A stretch of 43,983 nt of DNA from Candidatus Moranbacteria bacterium GW2011_GWE1_49_15 (lineage in GTDB: Bacteria > Patescibacteriota > Minisyncoccia > Moranbacterales > GWC2-37-73): assembly GCA_001003855.1 (NCBI GenBank), contig LCPX01000011.1:3681-47663 (forward strand), given 5' to 3'. Made by a program: the position numbers and the translations under genes. The notes beneath the pieces were generated by a model. The model was not told the DNA's origin, made no database searches, and was given only the letters and a program-made list of their open reading frames with translations. Shown here one piece after another: positions 7,531 through 17,569 of the stretch (positions are counted from its first letter, which is position 1; each line of letters starts with the position of its first letter).

Positions 7531-10500
7531 CTACCTCTGCGCCCAACCAAAGATGTCTTGGAAGTTGTTGACGATGATCTGGATGATGTTCTCTTTCCTC
7601 TTCGGGGTCAGCAGGGCGAAGTCGTTGGATTTGGCTTCGTTACCGGCCACGTCGATGGATTTGACGTTGAAGTAATAGACCGTTCCAGGCTTGAAGGTGG
7701 TGATGACCGCGATGTGGGAGGTGGTCATGACGTCTGAGACTTTGATCTCGTTTTCCTTCCCGGCCTTGCCTTCCTTGTAGATGATGGAGGTGTCGGAGTT
7801 TTCGTCCGTCTTCCAAGAAATGATGGCCTGGACTTTGTCGGACTGGGTCAGGGCCGAGTCGGTTCTGACCTGCTCGATCTTCGGGGAGTTTTCGTCGGTC
7901 GCGGTCTTGAATTTCTGGAAGGTTTCCTCGGTCTCGTTTCCGTCTTCGTCGCGGACTTTGAGCTTGAGGCCGAATTCCGTTCCGGAGGCGAGGTTCTTGA
8001 GGACCAGTTCGTGCCGGGTGGCGAAGTCCGTCTTTCCTTGGACTCCGGAATTGTCTTCGTCGTCGGAATCCGTGTATTCCACGAGCGTGTCGGTCGGAAC
8101 GTTGGTCTGGAAGGTTATCTTGGCCCCGTGTTCGGTGATCTCGTCCACTTTGAAGTCGGAGATCTTCGGAGGGGATTTCGGCTCGAAGGTGTTGTCGTTG
8201 GAAGCGAAGAGGTTTCCGTTCTCATCCTCTCCCAGTACGCGGAAGTGGTATGTTTCGCCGGATTCGAGGTCGGAGATGGTTATCTCGTGGTCCTTGGTCC
8301 TAGTGTTGGACTCTTTCTTGTCGCCATAGGAAGTCGTGAGCCCGTATTCGACCACCGAAGTCGTCGCGGTTCCGGTTTCCCAGGTGACGGTCGCTTGGTT
8401 CAATGCTTTGGAAAGGACCTTCACCGAAGAGAGCGAGGACGGTTCCTTGGTGGTGAACGAGGATTGAACGGATTGGGAAATGTTTCCGGCGGCGTCCGAG
8501 GAGATGGCCGTGAAGACGTATTTGGAAGCCGGGATGAGGTCACTGATAGTCACCGAATGAGCCGTCGTATAATTCTCGCTGCTGGTCAGCACGGTCGAAT
8601 CCCCGGCGATCTTGTTGAAGTCGCTTCCGTCCAGGCTGTACATCACGAGACTGTTGGCTTTCTCATTGGCCGTGTTCCAAGTGATGACCGCGCTTTCCCC
8701 CTTGAGTTCGGAAATGGAAACCGCGGATATCTCCGGCGCCGTAGTGTCACTGGAAGCGTCGATATCCCCCTGGCTCAAGGTTTTGTCGGAAGTCTGGAAG
8801 TCCTGGTCGTTGAGATAGGCAAAGGTGTTGCCGGCATCGAAACAGGTGATGTCGTAACTATAGAGGGTATCGGAGAACAGCAATCCGGTGATGGTTATCG
8901 TGTGGCTCTTTTTGAATTCGCTTTCTTCCAGCGTCACCCCTTCGTTCGAAGCGTCGTCTGGCCTCTTGTATTCGATGAAACATTTGGCCGACTGGTCGGT
9001 GCGGAACTCGATCACAGCCTTGTCGTTGGTGGTCACGTCGTCACTGATGAGCGTCACGCTCGAGAGCGCTCCGGTAGTGGTCAGCGTCAGGGAGCTGTCG
9101 TCGATATATGAGACCGTTTCCGTGGACAAAATGGAATCCGTCGCGGTTATCTTGAGATAATACTGCGTGGCTGAGTTTGGAAGGTCCGTAATCTTGACTA
9201 TGTGGCTGATGCCGTATTCCGATGCGCTGTCGGTGTAGTCCCCGATCTTATTTTTGCTGTTATCCGGATCGTGCACCAACTCGGCGTTGTCGAAGACCTC
9301 GACGTTCACGACGGTCGGCAAAGGATTGCTGTCATGGTCAGGGTTGGCGTCCGTGGTCTTGAAAGAAACCGTGGCCCCGCTGTTGGTCTCGGCCCCGATG
9401 GAGACGTCGTCGATGCTGACGACTGTATCGGAAAGCACCGTCCCTTCGCTCGGCACCTGGCAGGTGGTGTCGGAATATTTGGAATAGTTACCCTCGTCAT
9501 CCTTGAATCTCAAGCGGTAGCAATATTTATTGGTTTCGGAAAGGTCCTGGTGCAGGTGATAATTCACCGCGGAATCGGTTATGTTCGCCCGATCGTCGGT
9601 CGGCGAGCAATCCGCGTTCTCTTTGGCGGTCGAGCAATTCTTAAGGTCATACTCGGCGAAGTCCCCGCTTCCGTCCTGGACCGGCTGCGGCCAAAGGATG
9701 AAGATCCCCTTGAACGGAGGCTCGATGTCGAGATTGGTTATGTCGCTGTAAGAGATATCCTGAGGAGTTTCCGGAGCAACCGCCGTAGCTGTTGCCGATT
9801 CGTTTCCGGCCGCGTCCTTGAAGCGGACGCAGACTTTCTTGTAAGCCGAATAGTCGTCCGTGAAATTCACATCCTGTCCGCTCCCCCCTCCGCTATAGGT
9901 CTGGGCGAAAGTTCCGGGAAGATCGCAAGCCGCGAGCTCATCGCTGGAGGATCCAGTTTCATATGCGATTCCAGCGGAACTGTTAGTGTCCGTCGCGGTT
10001 ATCTTGAGCTGTCCGTTGTCACTACCTTTCGATCTGTCGAAGACTATGGAGCTGGTAGGAGAGGTAGTGTCGACAATGATCGTCTTGCCCGTTCCGATGC
10101 TGGAAACCAGCGACTGCGTGCTTGTTCCAGACTGCTCGACCATAGGAGACGCGGTATCGAAGACAGACTGCGAGACTATCGGGGTGTCGTCGTCGAGATC
10201 GAGATCGGATGAATCTTCCCCCGTCCCCGTAGCTCCGACCACATAAGGATTGGAGCCGGTGGTCAAGATGTTCCCGTTTTCGACGGTGTCCAAAGTGATC
10301 TCAGCCCCGTTATTGAGGGTTATGATCAGGTTTCCACTGGTTATGTCCTCATCATAGACGGCTGTGAATTTCATCTGGGTTCCGGGACCGTACAATCCGT
10401 TGTCCGTGTCGACGGAAATGGATTCAAGGACAGGTTCAGCGCTGTCGTAATTAAATTCGTCGCTGGCCGTTCCGGACGGATTACCAGCAGCATCTTCGAT

Positions 10501-13500
10501 CTTGGCTGTTATTTTTTCCAATTCGGGATCGTTCGTGGAGTCTCCTCCGCAGACAGGATTGGTTATCAGGAATTCCTCAAGTTCCACCGTGGCGTTGACC
10601 ACCTGTTTGTAATCCACGGGTCCGCACCAGGAAGCCCCGTCATCCATCGAGAAATAGATTTTCGCTCCAGCAAGACCTCCGAACGGATCCTCATCCGAAG
10701 CTACCAAAGTGATTTCCGGATTCTGCCTGCTGGCCTCGGCTATCTCGCTTCCGCCTTCCGTCACTTTGACCGAAGTCAGCGTCGGCGCCTTGGTGTCAAT
10801 GGAAAATCCTGAAAGGTTCGTCACCGGGTCTTCGGCCACCGCCGCATATGAACCGTCTATGATATTACCGGTCACGTCGAGCAGTGTCCCTTTTCCGTCG
10901 AGGACGTTTTGGGCGCTTACCGATTCCACTTTCAAATCCGCGACATCCTCATCTTGGACGACCGTGTATGTTCCGGTAAGCTCCCTTGAGGCGGATGGAT
11001 TGGTCAACGTGATGTCGTGGGCAGCGCTTCCGGTATTAAGCCTGACAGTCACGCTTCCTCCGGCCTGGATAGTCTTGTTGTAATTGGCGACCAAAGTGAA
11101 CTCGTCTCCCGCCTTATAGGCGCCGCTTTCCTGGGTGTTCCCATCTTCTTCGATAGTGAAGTAGTTTAGGATCGGAGGACTCGTATCGATGACTATCGTG
11201 CTTCCGTTATTGGCCAGGTTGTCGGCACTGTCGACCGACGCGCTCGATTGCGAAAGCACGTTGCCGGCGCGGTCGGTGATCGTCGAAGAGATTATTTCTT
11301 CCACTTCGATATAATCAGGGGTCGAATCGTAACCGGTCTTAGGTGGGCCTATGGTGAAGGATCCGGAAATCTCCGCGCTTCCCCCTTCGGAACTGAGATT
11401 CGCCCGCACATCGGCCTGCATCGGTCCGACTTTCACCTCAAGGTCGCCGGAAACCACCTCATCGTAGACGGCCGTGATATTGACATCCCCTCCTCCGGTC
11501 GGAAGCTCCACGGTGGAATCGGAGGAAGTCGAATAGAAATGCGAGAGGACCGGCGCCACGTTGTCGAAGGTCGCGCTCGTCACCTGGTCGTTGGCGGTGA
11601 ACACGTTTCCGGCCTGGTCGGTCGCCGTGACTGAGATGTCATAGGCGGTTCCACTCACCAGATTGATGGCTCCGCAGGTTCCCACCACGTTGATACCGTT
11701 GTGCTCGCCGTCATCCAGTTCGTTGCCCGAGAAGTTGCAGGACTGGTCGCTCGTTCCGTCACTGAAAGTCAGCTCCAATGACTCCAGTCTCTCAGTGAAC
11801 GGATCGTTTTCGATCGTGTAGCTGAAATCCGAAGCGTCCGTGATCGAATTGAAGAATCCGTCCGTATCAGGAGAGGTGATCGTCACGCTCGGCGCGTCCG
11901 TATCGAAAGCGATACCAGTGATGGCCGTGAAATCCCCAGGGTTTCCCGCCAAGTCCTCGGTCGCAAAATCCAAGGCGTATTTTGTTCCGTCGACCAAAGC
12001 CGGGTCGAAACTCGAAAGCGCGACGCTTTGCGATCCAGTGTCCGCCCTTTGTCCTTCAGTGAGTGTGTAAGTGTGCGCGGTTCCTTCAGCTTCCGCGCCT
12101 CCAGCTTCGGCCGTCAAAGTGATCGTTCCGCTGGCCAGCTGTTCGTCCAAAGTGAAGGTGATGCTTCCGTCGGCTTTCAGGTAGGCGTTCGCCGAAGGAG
12201 AGACCTCGCTCACCTGCGGAGGAACCGTGTCGATGATGATGGTCTTGGTCGCGGAAATGTTTCCTCCGGTGATCGAAAGCGAACCGTTTTGGTTATTGAA
12301 CGCGTCCTTGATGGTTCCCGTAACCGCCCTCACGTCCAAGGCCTCGGTCAATTGGTTCTGCCCGATGTCATATGCACAAGTCGCGGTCGTTCCGCTGATG
12401 GAATTTATGGTGCAATCATAATCAACATCCCCTGTTTCCAAGGTCAGTTTCACGTCGGTGACGGCCGTGACGTCCTCGGAAAATTCCGCCTGGACTGTCA
12501 ATGTCGCCCCCAAACCGTAAATTCCGGCGTCTTCCAGCACGGTGACGTTCACAAGCGAAGGATTTTCGTAATCCACCGTAATGGCGGTATCGAATTCATC
12601 GCTTCCCACCCTGTTGCCGAACGCGTCGTTGTCATTGGCCGCCACCTTGATCTTCACGTTTTCCAGTTTCGTTCCGGAAAGGGTTATGTTCGGTTCGTTT
12701 TTCGCGTCCCAATACGCGGTCTTCGCGTTTCCGTCTATGGAGGAAATGCCGGTGCTGTTGATTTGTCCGCTGACCTGGGTCGCCAAGAACCACACCGGAC
12801 TTCCGGCCGTATGGATCGACGATTCGGTCTTATAGTTGTCGCCGGCGAAGAAATCCTGGCTCCTGGTCACTCCCGAAAGAGTGGTGTTTCCGCTTTGCGA
12901 GGTATATGAAATCAGTTCGTTCCCGATCAGAACTTTTCCGGAGGAAGGTATCGGCGCATTGTTCGCGTTCGAAAGGACGATGTCTTCACTGCCGGTTTCC
13001 GTGGTGTCCTGGAAAAGCGTTATGCCGTCCGTCTGGTAGAAAATGGAAGGGTACGCCGTGTCCTGCTCATATATTCCGGATCCAGGAGCAGTTTCGGTTT
13101 CTTGGACGGTATAGTCGATTTTGACCCTTCCGTCGGATTGCTGGGAAGATCCGGTGACAGCGACGGTCGGAGTATTATTATATGAAAAGTCCACCGTCAC
13201 GTCCGAAAGGACCGGCGTCTGCGTCCCGTCGAACGAAGAAAGGAACACCGCATATTGAAGGAAGCGGTTGTCGTGGTCGCCTTGCAAGCCGTTTATGGCG
13301 TCGTCGAGTCCCTGTTTGTCGGTGTAATATGAGTCGGCGAAAGTGTTCCCGTCGGCCGAGCATGAAGTCGGCCCGCACCAAAGAGCCAAGGAAAGTCCCG
13401 CCTGCGAAGTGGCACTGCGGAGTTGGAACTTCACTTGCCCTTGCGTAGCGGAATCGTCGTTGGTCGCGCTCCAGGAAACTTTTCCGATCGAGGTGTATTT

Positions 13501-16500
13501 ATCAGTCGTGTCAAATATTGAAGAAAGCAGGTTCTGGGCCGTCGTCGGATAGTATGAAAAACCGAGAGCAACGTCATCGAGAGCCGGGCTTTGCGAATAT
13601 GGCGAAGCCGATACCAATGCGGCCTGATATTGGACATACCGGTCACCGGCAGTCATACAGCCATTTGGAGAAAGGATTTGCGAAGCCTGTGTGATGGCGA
13701 CGGCGTTAGCAGCGCAACTCGCCCAAGTCTTGTCTCCGGCATCCTCCGCACTGCAATTATCGGTAGTGCAAGAACGGACATTGACATTCATCGTTTGTCC
13801 ATTAAGCGTACTGTTGACAGTCGAATCCCTCCAGGAAAAATTCTTTTGCCCCGTATCGATCACTCCGGAAGTGAAAGTCCCCGGGGTGTTATATGTCAGT
13901 TCCGGGGTCGAAGTCGTCGCAGTCGGAACGGTCGTCCAACCTGAATTAATCGTATTGGCCTTAAGATGGATGCGCCCTACGCCTCCCGCTCCCCAGTACC
14001 ACCACTCCATACCCTCATCGCCCCCATCGTCCGCCGAACCGCCGGAAGCGTCTAATTTGGCCAAGCCCACATCGACGGAATCCGCCAAAACATAGACCGA
14101 CCCTCCTGAGCCTCCCAATTCGCCTTTGCTATTGATGTTTCCACTTACCGTAACGCTCGAAGCTGTCATGTGGATTATACCTCCTCCGTCTCCTTGCGAT
14201 CCACTGCCCAAATGCATCACGTTGGGGAAAGTGCTTCCATACTGGGTTCCAATGCTAGCCGTTACTCCGCAAGGAGCTGGGGCAGTACCATTACCTCCAT
14301 AACTCGCCCCTCCCCATACATAAACCCACTCACTGCAATCACCTTGATTAAATCCTCCACCTCCGATATTGGCCGCGGTAGTTGTCGTTCCCAATCCCTT
14401 GATCGATTCCCCCTGCCTGTCGGTACTGGAATTATGACTGCTGTATCTATCCCCATCTCTGTATCCTTTGATGCTCATATCGATCTGCCCTCCGCTCTGC
14501 ACATCAACAGTGTCCTGGGCAAAAAATACCAACGCCCCTCCATTGGTTCCGTTCCAAGCATTGGCGGTTAAAGTCCCCGTGCCAGAAACAGTCACGTTGG
14601 AATATTGCGGAATCCTTTGCAAAATGACCCGCTGACTGGAGGCGTCCATTCCTATATTCAAATCATTAGACCCTCCGTCACCATAATACTTAGCTTTGCC
14701 TGATTTGAAAGTTATGCTCCCCGTAGAAGAGGAATACGATCCGACTTCCAAAATCTCATAATTTCCCACGTTTGTGACGCTCGAAGCTGATCCTTGCAGA
14801 TTGATCAACAGCATCTTATCATCGGCGGCCAAACAGCCTCCGAAAGCGAATGATTTGCTCACCTCTCCGAACCTGCTTGTATCCCCTCCCATCAAAACCG
14901 TCCCGGTGTTAGCACTATAAGCCATCGCTTTCAAGACCGAGGCTCCCCAAAAAGACGATATGGAGGAGGATATGTTCCTGGCGACAGCATTACTTGCCAA
15001 ATCGTATTTGGCCAATAACCCGTTATAGGAACCCAAGTAAATTATCCCGCTTGCAGGATCTAGAGCTAAAGAATTCACTTGATTAGTTCCCCAGAACGGG
15101 TTTATATTGTTGATCAGGCTCGAGGCTGTGTCGGTGGCAGGGTTATATTTGCCGAATTTTCCGCTTGTGCCTCCTAAGTAAATTTCCCCGCTGGTCGGAT
15201 CTTTGATGGCCGCATATATCGGGTTAGATGCGAAAAAGGATGATATCTTACTTGTCAAACTAACGCCTGCTCCGCTGCCGATATTATATCTTCCAAACCT
15301 TCCCGAATCGCCAGCCAAATAAATCACATTACTATCAGGGTCAAGGATAAGATTTTTTATGTTATGGCTGGACGTGAAAATACCGGAAACGTTGGAGGTC
15401 AGATTCGTAAAGACGCCCGTATCCGGATTGTATTTGCCGAATTTCCCACTGGATCCGGAAAAATAAACTTCGCCGCTGGACGCGTCGACTGCGATCGCAA
15501 CGACATTTGGACTTGTTCCGAACAGAGTAGTGACTTGGGAGGTGAAATCCGTCGTCACGCCCCCGCTTAGGTCGTATTTACCGAGCCTTCCACTGGCTCC
15601 TCCCATGTATACCGTGTTCCTGGCCAAATCTATACCCAAAGTATTCACGGCGTATATGCCGCCGAAAATGGGGGCAGCGTTCGGCGTGAGATCGGTAGCC
15701 GTCTGGGTGGCAGGATCATATTTGGCCAATTTTCCTGAACTACCCCCGATATAAGCCTCGCCGGTAGCCGTATTGAATTTTATGACATTCACCGCAGCGC
15801 TTCCCCAATTAAGCTTGCTTTTCCAATCGGAAGCGTTGAAATTAGGCTCAATCATAGCTCCTTCGGAACTCAAGGAAGCCACGTTATACGTCTTCCCGTC
15901 CGCACAAGTCCTACCACTGTTTCCATTGGTCTGGGTGTTTATATTGAAAGTTCCCGTGACATTCAATGTCCCGTCCGCCCCGGAACCGGTATCCAATGAG
16001 GCTGAGGTCGTGAGTTTCACGCTTTCCCCGGAAACCTCCGTCTGATCAAATGTGGCTCCGGAAAGGTTGAATCCAGTTTCCGTCGTTCCACTGTCGGTCT
16101 GCGTCTTCGATCCGTTTTGTGAAGCCAATTTCATCTCGCCTAAGACGGAAGTGTCGATCTCCTGCTTGGACTCATAAGTAATCTGGTCGTTTTCTGTTCC
16201 GTTTTTAACGATTTCCGATCCGGGAGTGGCTGCCGCATCCCAAGAACTCTGCGTCCAGCTGTAGTTCGCCGCGCCGGACCTCGAAGGGTTGAAGATCAGC
16301 GGCGAAACCATCGCCGCGATCAGCACCATCGCCAAAGCGGACGAGAGCGAGACCGTCACCGTGCGGAATTTCTTCTGGTATCTTTTCAGGTCCGAGTAGG
16401 AATTGAAAGACAGCGAGCAGACGATTTTCCCGCTTTTATCCTTTTGACACTGCTGGATGCGCAGGTGGTTGTCCGCGGAGGACTTGAAAAGAAGTTGCGC

Positions 16501-16569
16501 GTGATCTTTGAAAAGAAGTTTAAGCTTATGCATCGCGGATCTAAATCCGTCGGAAAAAATCTTTTTCAT
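7531..16569 (-). CDS. Giant secreted/surface protein (3012 aa): N-terminal anchor/signal, 7-blade beta-propeller, Gly-rich domain, Ig-like repeats, C-terminal FN3 repeats
   Basis: Uninterrupted 9-kb ORF; hydrophobic helix near aa 72-92; seven ~47-aa repeats; recurring D.AGN and DT.AP Ig-like motifs; TW.T....S.V.YG...H...L.....Y.F.V FN3 repeats. Confidence 0.9.
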   Translation of the reverse strand: MKKIFSDGFRSAMHKLKLLFKDHAQLLFKSSADNHLRIQQCQKDKSGKIVCSLSFNSYSDLKRYQKKFRTVTVSLSSALAMVLIAAMVSPLIFNPSRSGAANYSWTQSSWDAAATPGSEIVKNGTENDQITYESKQEIDTSVLGEMKLASQNGSKTQTDSGTTETGFNLSGATFDQTEVSGESVKLTTSASLDTGSGADGTLNVTGTFNINTQTNGNSGRTCADGKTYNVASLSSEGAMIEPNFNASDWKSKLNWGSAAVNVIKFNTATGEAYIGGSSGKLAKYDPATQTATDLTPNAAPIFGGIYAVNTLGIDLARNTVYMGGASGRLGKYDLSGGVTTDFTSQVTTLFGTSPNVVAIAVDASSGEVYFSGSSGKFGKYNPDTGVFTNLTSNVSGIFTSSHNIKNLILDPDSNVIYLAGDSGRFGRYNIGSGAGVSLTSKISSFFASNPIYAAIKDPTSGEIYLGGTSGKFGKYNPATDTASSLINNINPFWGTNQVNSLALDPASGIIYLGSYNGLLAKYDLASNAVARNISSSISSFWGASVLKAMAYSANTGTVLMGGDTSRFGEVSKSFAFGGCLAADDKMLLINLQGSASSVTNVGNYEILEVGSYSSSTGSITFKSGKAKYYGDGGSNDLNIGMDASSQRVILQRIPQYSNVTVSGTGTLTANAWNGTNGGALVFFAQDTVDVQSGGQIDMSIKGYRDGDRYSSHNSSTDRQGESIKGLGTTTTAANIGGGGFNQGDCSEWVYVWGGASYGGNGTAPAPCGVTASIGTQYGSTFPNVMHLGSGSQGDGGGIIHMTASSVTVSGNINSKGELGGSGGSVYVLADSVDVGLAKLDASGGSADDGGDEGMEWWYWGAGGVGRIHLKANTINSGWTTVPTATTSTPELTYNTPGTFTSGVIDTGQKNFSWRDSTVNSTLNGQTMNVNVRSCTTDNCSAEDAGDKTWASCAANAVAITQASQILSPNGCMTAGDRYVQYQAALVSASPYSQSPALDDVALGFSYYPTTAQNLLSSIFDTTDKYTSIGKVSWSATNDDSATQGQVKFQLRSATSQAGLSLALWCGPTSCSADGNTFADSYYTDKQGLDDAINGLQGDHDNRFLQYAVFLSSFDGTQTPVLSDVTVDFSYNNTPTVAVTGSSQQSDGRVKIDYTVQETETAPGSGIYEQDTAYPSIFYQTDGITLFQDTTETGSEDIVLSNANNAPIPSSGKVLIGNELISYTSQSGNTTLSGVTRSQDFFAGDNYKTESSIHTAGSPVWFLATQVSGQINSTGISSIDGNAKTAYWDAKNEPNITLSGTKLENVKIKVAANDNDAFGNRVGSDEFDTAITVDYENPSLVNVTVLEDAGIYGLGATLTVQAEFSEDVTAVTDVKLTLETGDVDYDCTINSISGTTATCAYDIGQNQLTEALDVRAVTGTIKDAFNNQNGSLSITGGNISATKTIIIDTVPPQVSEVSPSANAYLKADGSITFTLDEQLASGTITLTAEAGGAEAEGTAHTYTLTEGQRADTGSQSVALSSFDPALVDGTKYALDFATEDLAGNPGDFTAITGIAFDTDAPSVTITSPDTDGFFNSITDASDFSYTIENDPFTERLESLELTFSDGTSDQSCNFSGNELDDGEHNGINVVGTCGAINLVSGTAYDISVTATDQAGNVFTANDQVTSATFDNVAPVLSHFYSTSSDSTVELPTGGGDVNITAVYDEVVSGDLEVKVGPMQADVRANLSSEGGSAEISGSFTIGPPKTGYDSTPDYIEVEEIISSTITDRAGNVLSQSSASVDSADNLANNGSTIVIDTSPPILNYFTIEEDGNTQESGAYKAGDEFTLVANYNKTIQAGGSVTVRLNTGSAAHDITLTNPSASRELTGTYTVVQDEDVADLKVESVSAQNVLDGKGTLLDVTGNIIDGSYAAVAEDPVTNLSGFSIDTKAPTLTSVKVTEGGSEIAEASRQNPEITLVASDEDPFGGLAGAKIYFSMDDGASWCGPVDYKQVVNATVELEEFLITNPVCGGDSTNDPELEKITAKIEDAAGNPSGTASDEFNYDSAEPVLESISVDTDNGLYGPGTQMKFTAVYDEDITSGNLIITLNNGAEITLDTVENGNILTTGSNPYVVGATGTGEDSSDLDLDDDTPIVSQSVFDTASPMVEQSGTSTQSLVSSIGTGKTIIVDTTSPTSSIVFDRSKGSDNGQLKITATDTNSSAGIAYETGSSSDELAACDLPGTFAQTYSGGGSGQDVNFTDDYSAYKKVCVRFKDAAGNESATATAVAPETPQDISYSDITNLDIEPPFKGIFILWPQPVQDGSGDFAEYDLKNCSTAKENADCSPTDDRANITDSAVNYHLHQDLSETNKYCYRLRFKDDEGNYSKYSDTTCQVPSEGTVLSDTVVSIDDVSIGAETNSGATVSFKTTDANPDHDSNPLPTVVNVEVFDNAELVHDPDNSKNKIGDYTDSASEYGISHIVKITDLPNSATQYYLKITATDSILSTETVSYIDDSSLTLTTTGALSSVTLISDDVTTNDKAVIEFRTDQSAKCFIEYKRPDDASNEGVTLEESEFKKSHTITITGLLFSDTLYSYDITCFDAGNTFAYLNDQDFQTSDKTLSQGDIDASSDTTAPEISAVSISELKGESAVITWNTANEKANSLVMYSLDGSDFNKIAGDSTVLTSSENYTTAHSVTISDLIPASKYVFTAISSDAAGNISQSVQSSFTTKEPSSLSSVKVLSKALNQATVTWETGTATTSVVEYGLTTSYGDKKESNTRTKDHEITISDLESGETYHFRVLGEDENGNLFASNDNTFEPKSPPKISDFKVDEITEHGAKITFQTNVPTDTLVEYTDSDDEDNSGVQGKTDFATRHELVLKNLASGTEFGLKLKVRDEDGNETEETFQKFKTATDENSPKIEQVRTDSALTQSDKVQAIISWKTDENSDTSIIYKEGKAGKENEIKVSDVMTTSHIAVITTFKPGTVYYFNVKSIDVAGNEAKSNDFALLTPKRKENIIQIIVNNFQDIFGWAQR

Positions 16570-16661
16570 TTTTATTTTTTTTGAAAACTTAAAGAAATAT
16601 TAGTCAAAATAATTATATCATAAATTCCCCGAATCCCGAACATTCCCCATCGGAGTCCCGT

Positions 16662-17244
16662 GGGAGCTTAGCTCCTATTTTGCTATTCCAGGCAATACCT
16701 CACCGCCAATTTCTTGCCCTTCAGATACAAAGCATTATCCTCCAAGAATTTTTCATAAGCCATACTGGAAGCTAAGCTCCCAAAAGGGGAGCTTAGCTTC
16801 CAGTCTTCGAATTGCCCCAAGACGACATCCTTATTACATAATGTTCCGCTTCTTTTCCCTAAATAATCCGGCGCGCTGCAATATTTCCACCCATCCAAAG
16901 GAGCTAAGCTCCCATTTGGGAGTTTAGCTCCTTTATCCTCATAGCTGTGGATAAAATGATTGCGATTCACATAAGCAGACAGATACAAGAGATATTCATT
17001 GGAATCGACATGGATGGCTTTGAACGGTCCTTGAAATAGTGATCCGCTTCTTTCGTTTTTCTTGTTAAAGTAATTCGTATAGCCCGTGCTTACTTTGTGC
17101 ATGAATTTTTCAATTCCCCTTTCGGAAACCTGTTTCAATATCAGATGGTAATGGTTGGGATTGAGGCAATACGCGATGATTTCAACAAGCGGATCCGCAG
17201 AAACAAAGGAAGCTAAGCTCCCTTTGTGGGAGCTTAGCTTCCTT
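16662..17244. repeat. REP-like family GG(A)AGCTAAGCTCCC: three doublet hairpins plus one single copy
   Basis: Inverted pairs at 16764-16804, 16897-16934 and 17206-17244 lie inside the transposase ORF; single copy at 16662-16676. Confidence 0.85.
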
Positions 17245-17414
17245 AATTGCAAAGATTTTTCATAAAGGCTACCAATCGCATCCTCCTAATTGAATTCGCG
17301 CAAACAAGTCAGAAACCTGACGTAACCACTATCATCCGAAAAAACCTCGCGCTTATCCACGCCTCTGTTATATATGTGGTAATATTCGTCGTTGGCAAAT
17401 TTCACTTTGCGCAT
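16683..17414 (-). pseudogene. REP-associated tyrosine transposase (RAYT, Y1/IS200-like) with an in-frame TAG at codon 43
   Basis: MRKVKFANDEYYHIYNRGVDKREVF, AYCLNPNHYHL (HUH), YFNKKNERSGSLFQGPFK, LSAYVNRN; TAG at 17286-17288 is in the same frame. Confidence 0.85.
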
Positions 17415-17445
17415 ACATATTAACCGTATTTATCTTAATATCATT

Positions 17446-17454
17446 ATTATACCA
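17446..17454 (-). promoter_or_regulatory. Extended -10 promoter element for the RAYT gene
   Basis: TGGTATAAT about 30 nt upstream of ATG 17414. Confidence 0.5.
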
Positions 17455-17464
17455 CAAAAAACGC

Positions 17465-17550
17465 AAAAATCGGAGTTCGACTCCGATTTTTAATAGAAAA
17501 CTTTCACTAGGCGTATCGGAGTTCGACTCCGATACGGAGTCGAACTCCGA
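17465..17550. repeat. Second REP-like family CGGAGTTCGACTCCG, three copies
   Basis: Palindromes at 17465-17491, 17512-17536 and 17535-17549 (the last inverted), directly upstream of the RAYT gene. Confidence 0.85.
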
Positions 17551-17569
17551 ATTCAAACAAATCTGAATG

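Noticed and set aside
7781..16045. Many long plus-strand ORFs opposite the giant gene, and similar ones at 4739, 26464 and 41598
   Set aside because: Antisense shadows of real genes with biased codon usage; no motifs
17286..17288. Alternative genetic code or stop-codon reassignment
   Set aside because: TAG, TGA and TAA all end intact genes at the expected positions in this window
16662..17550. Possible CRISPR array
   Set aside because: The repeats are short inverted palindromes at irregular spacing, mostly inside a transposase ORF; no cas genes
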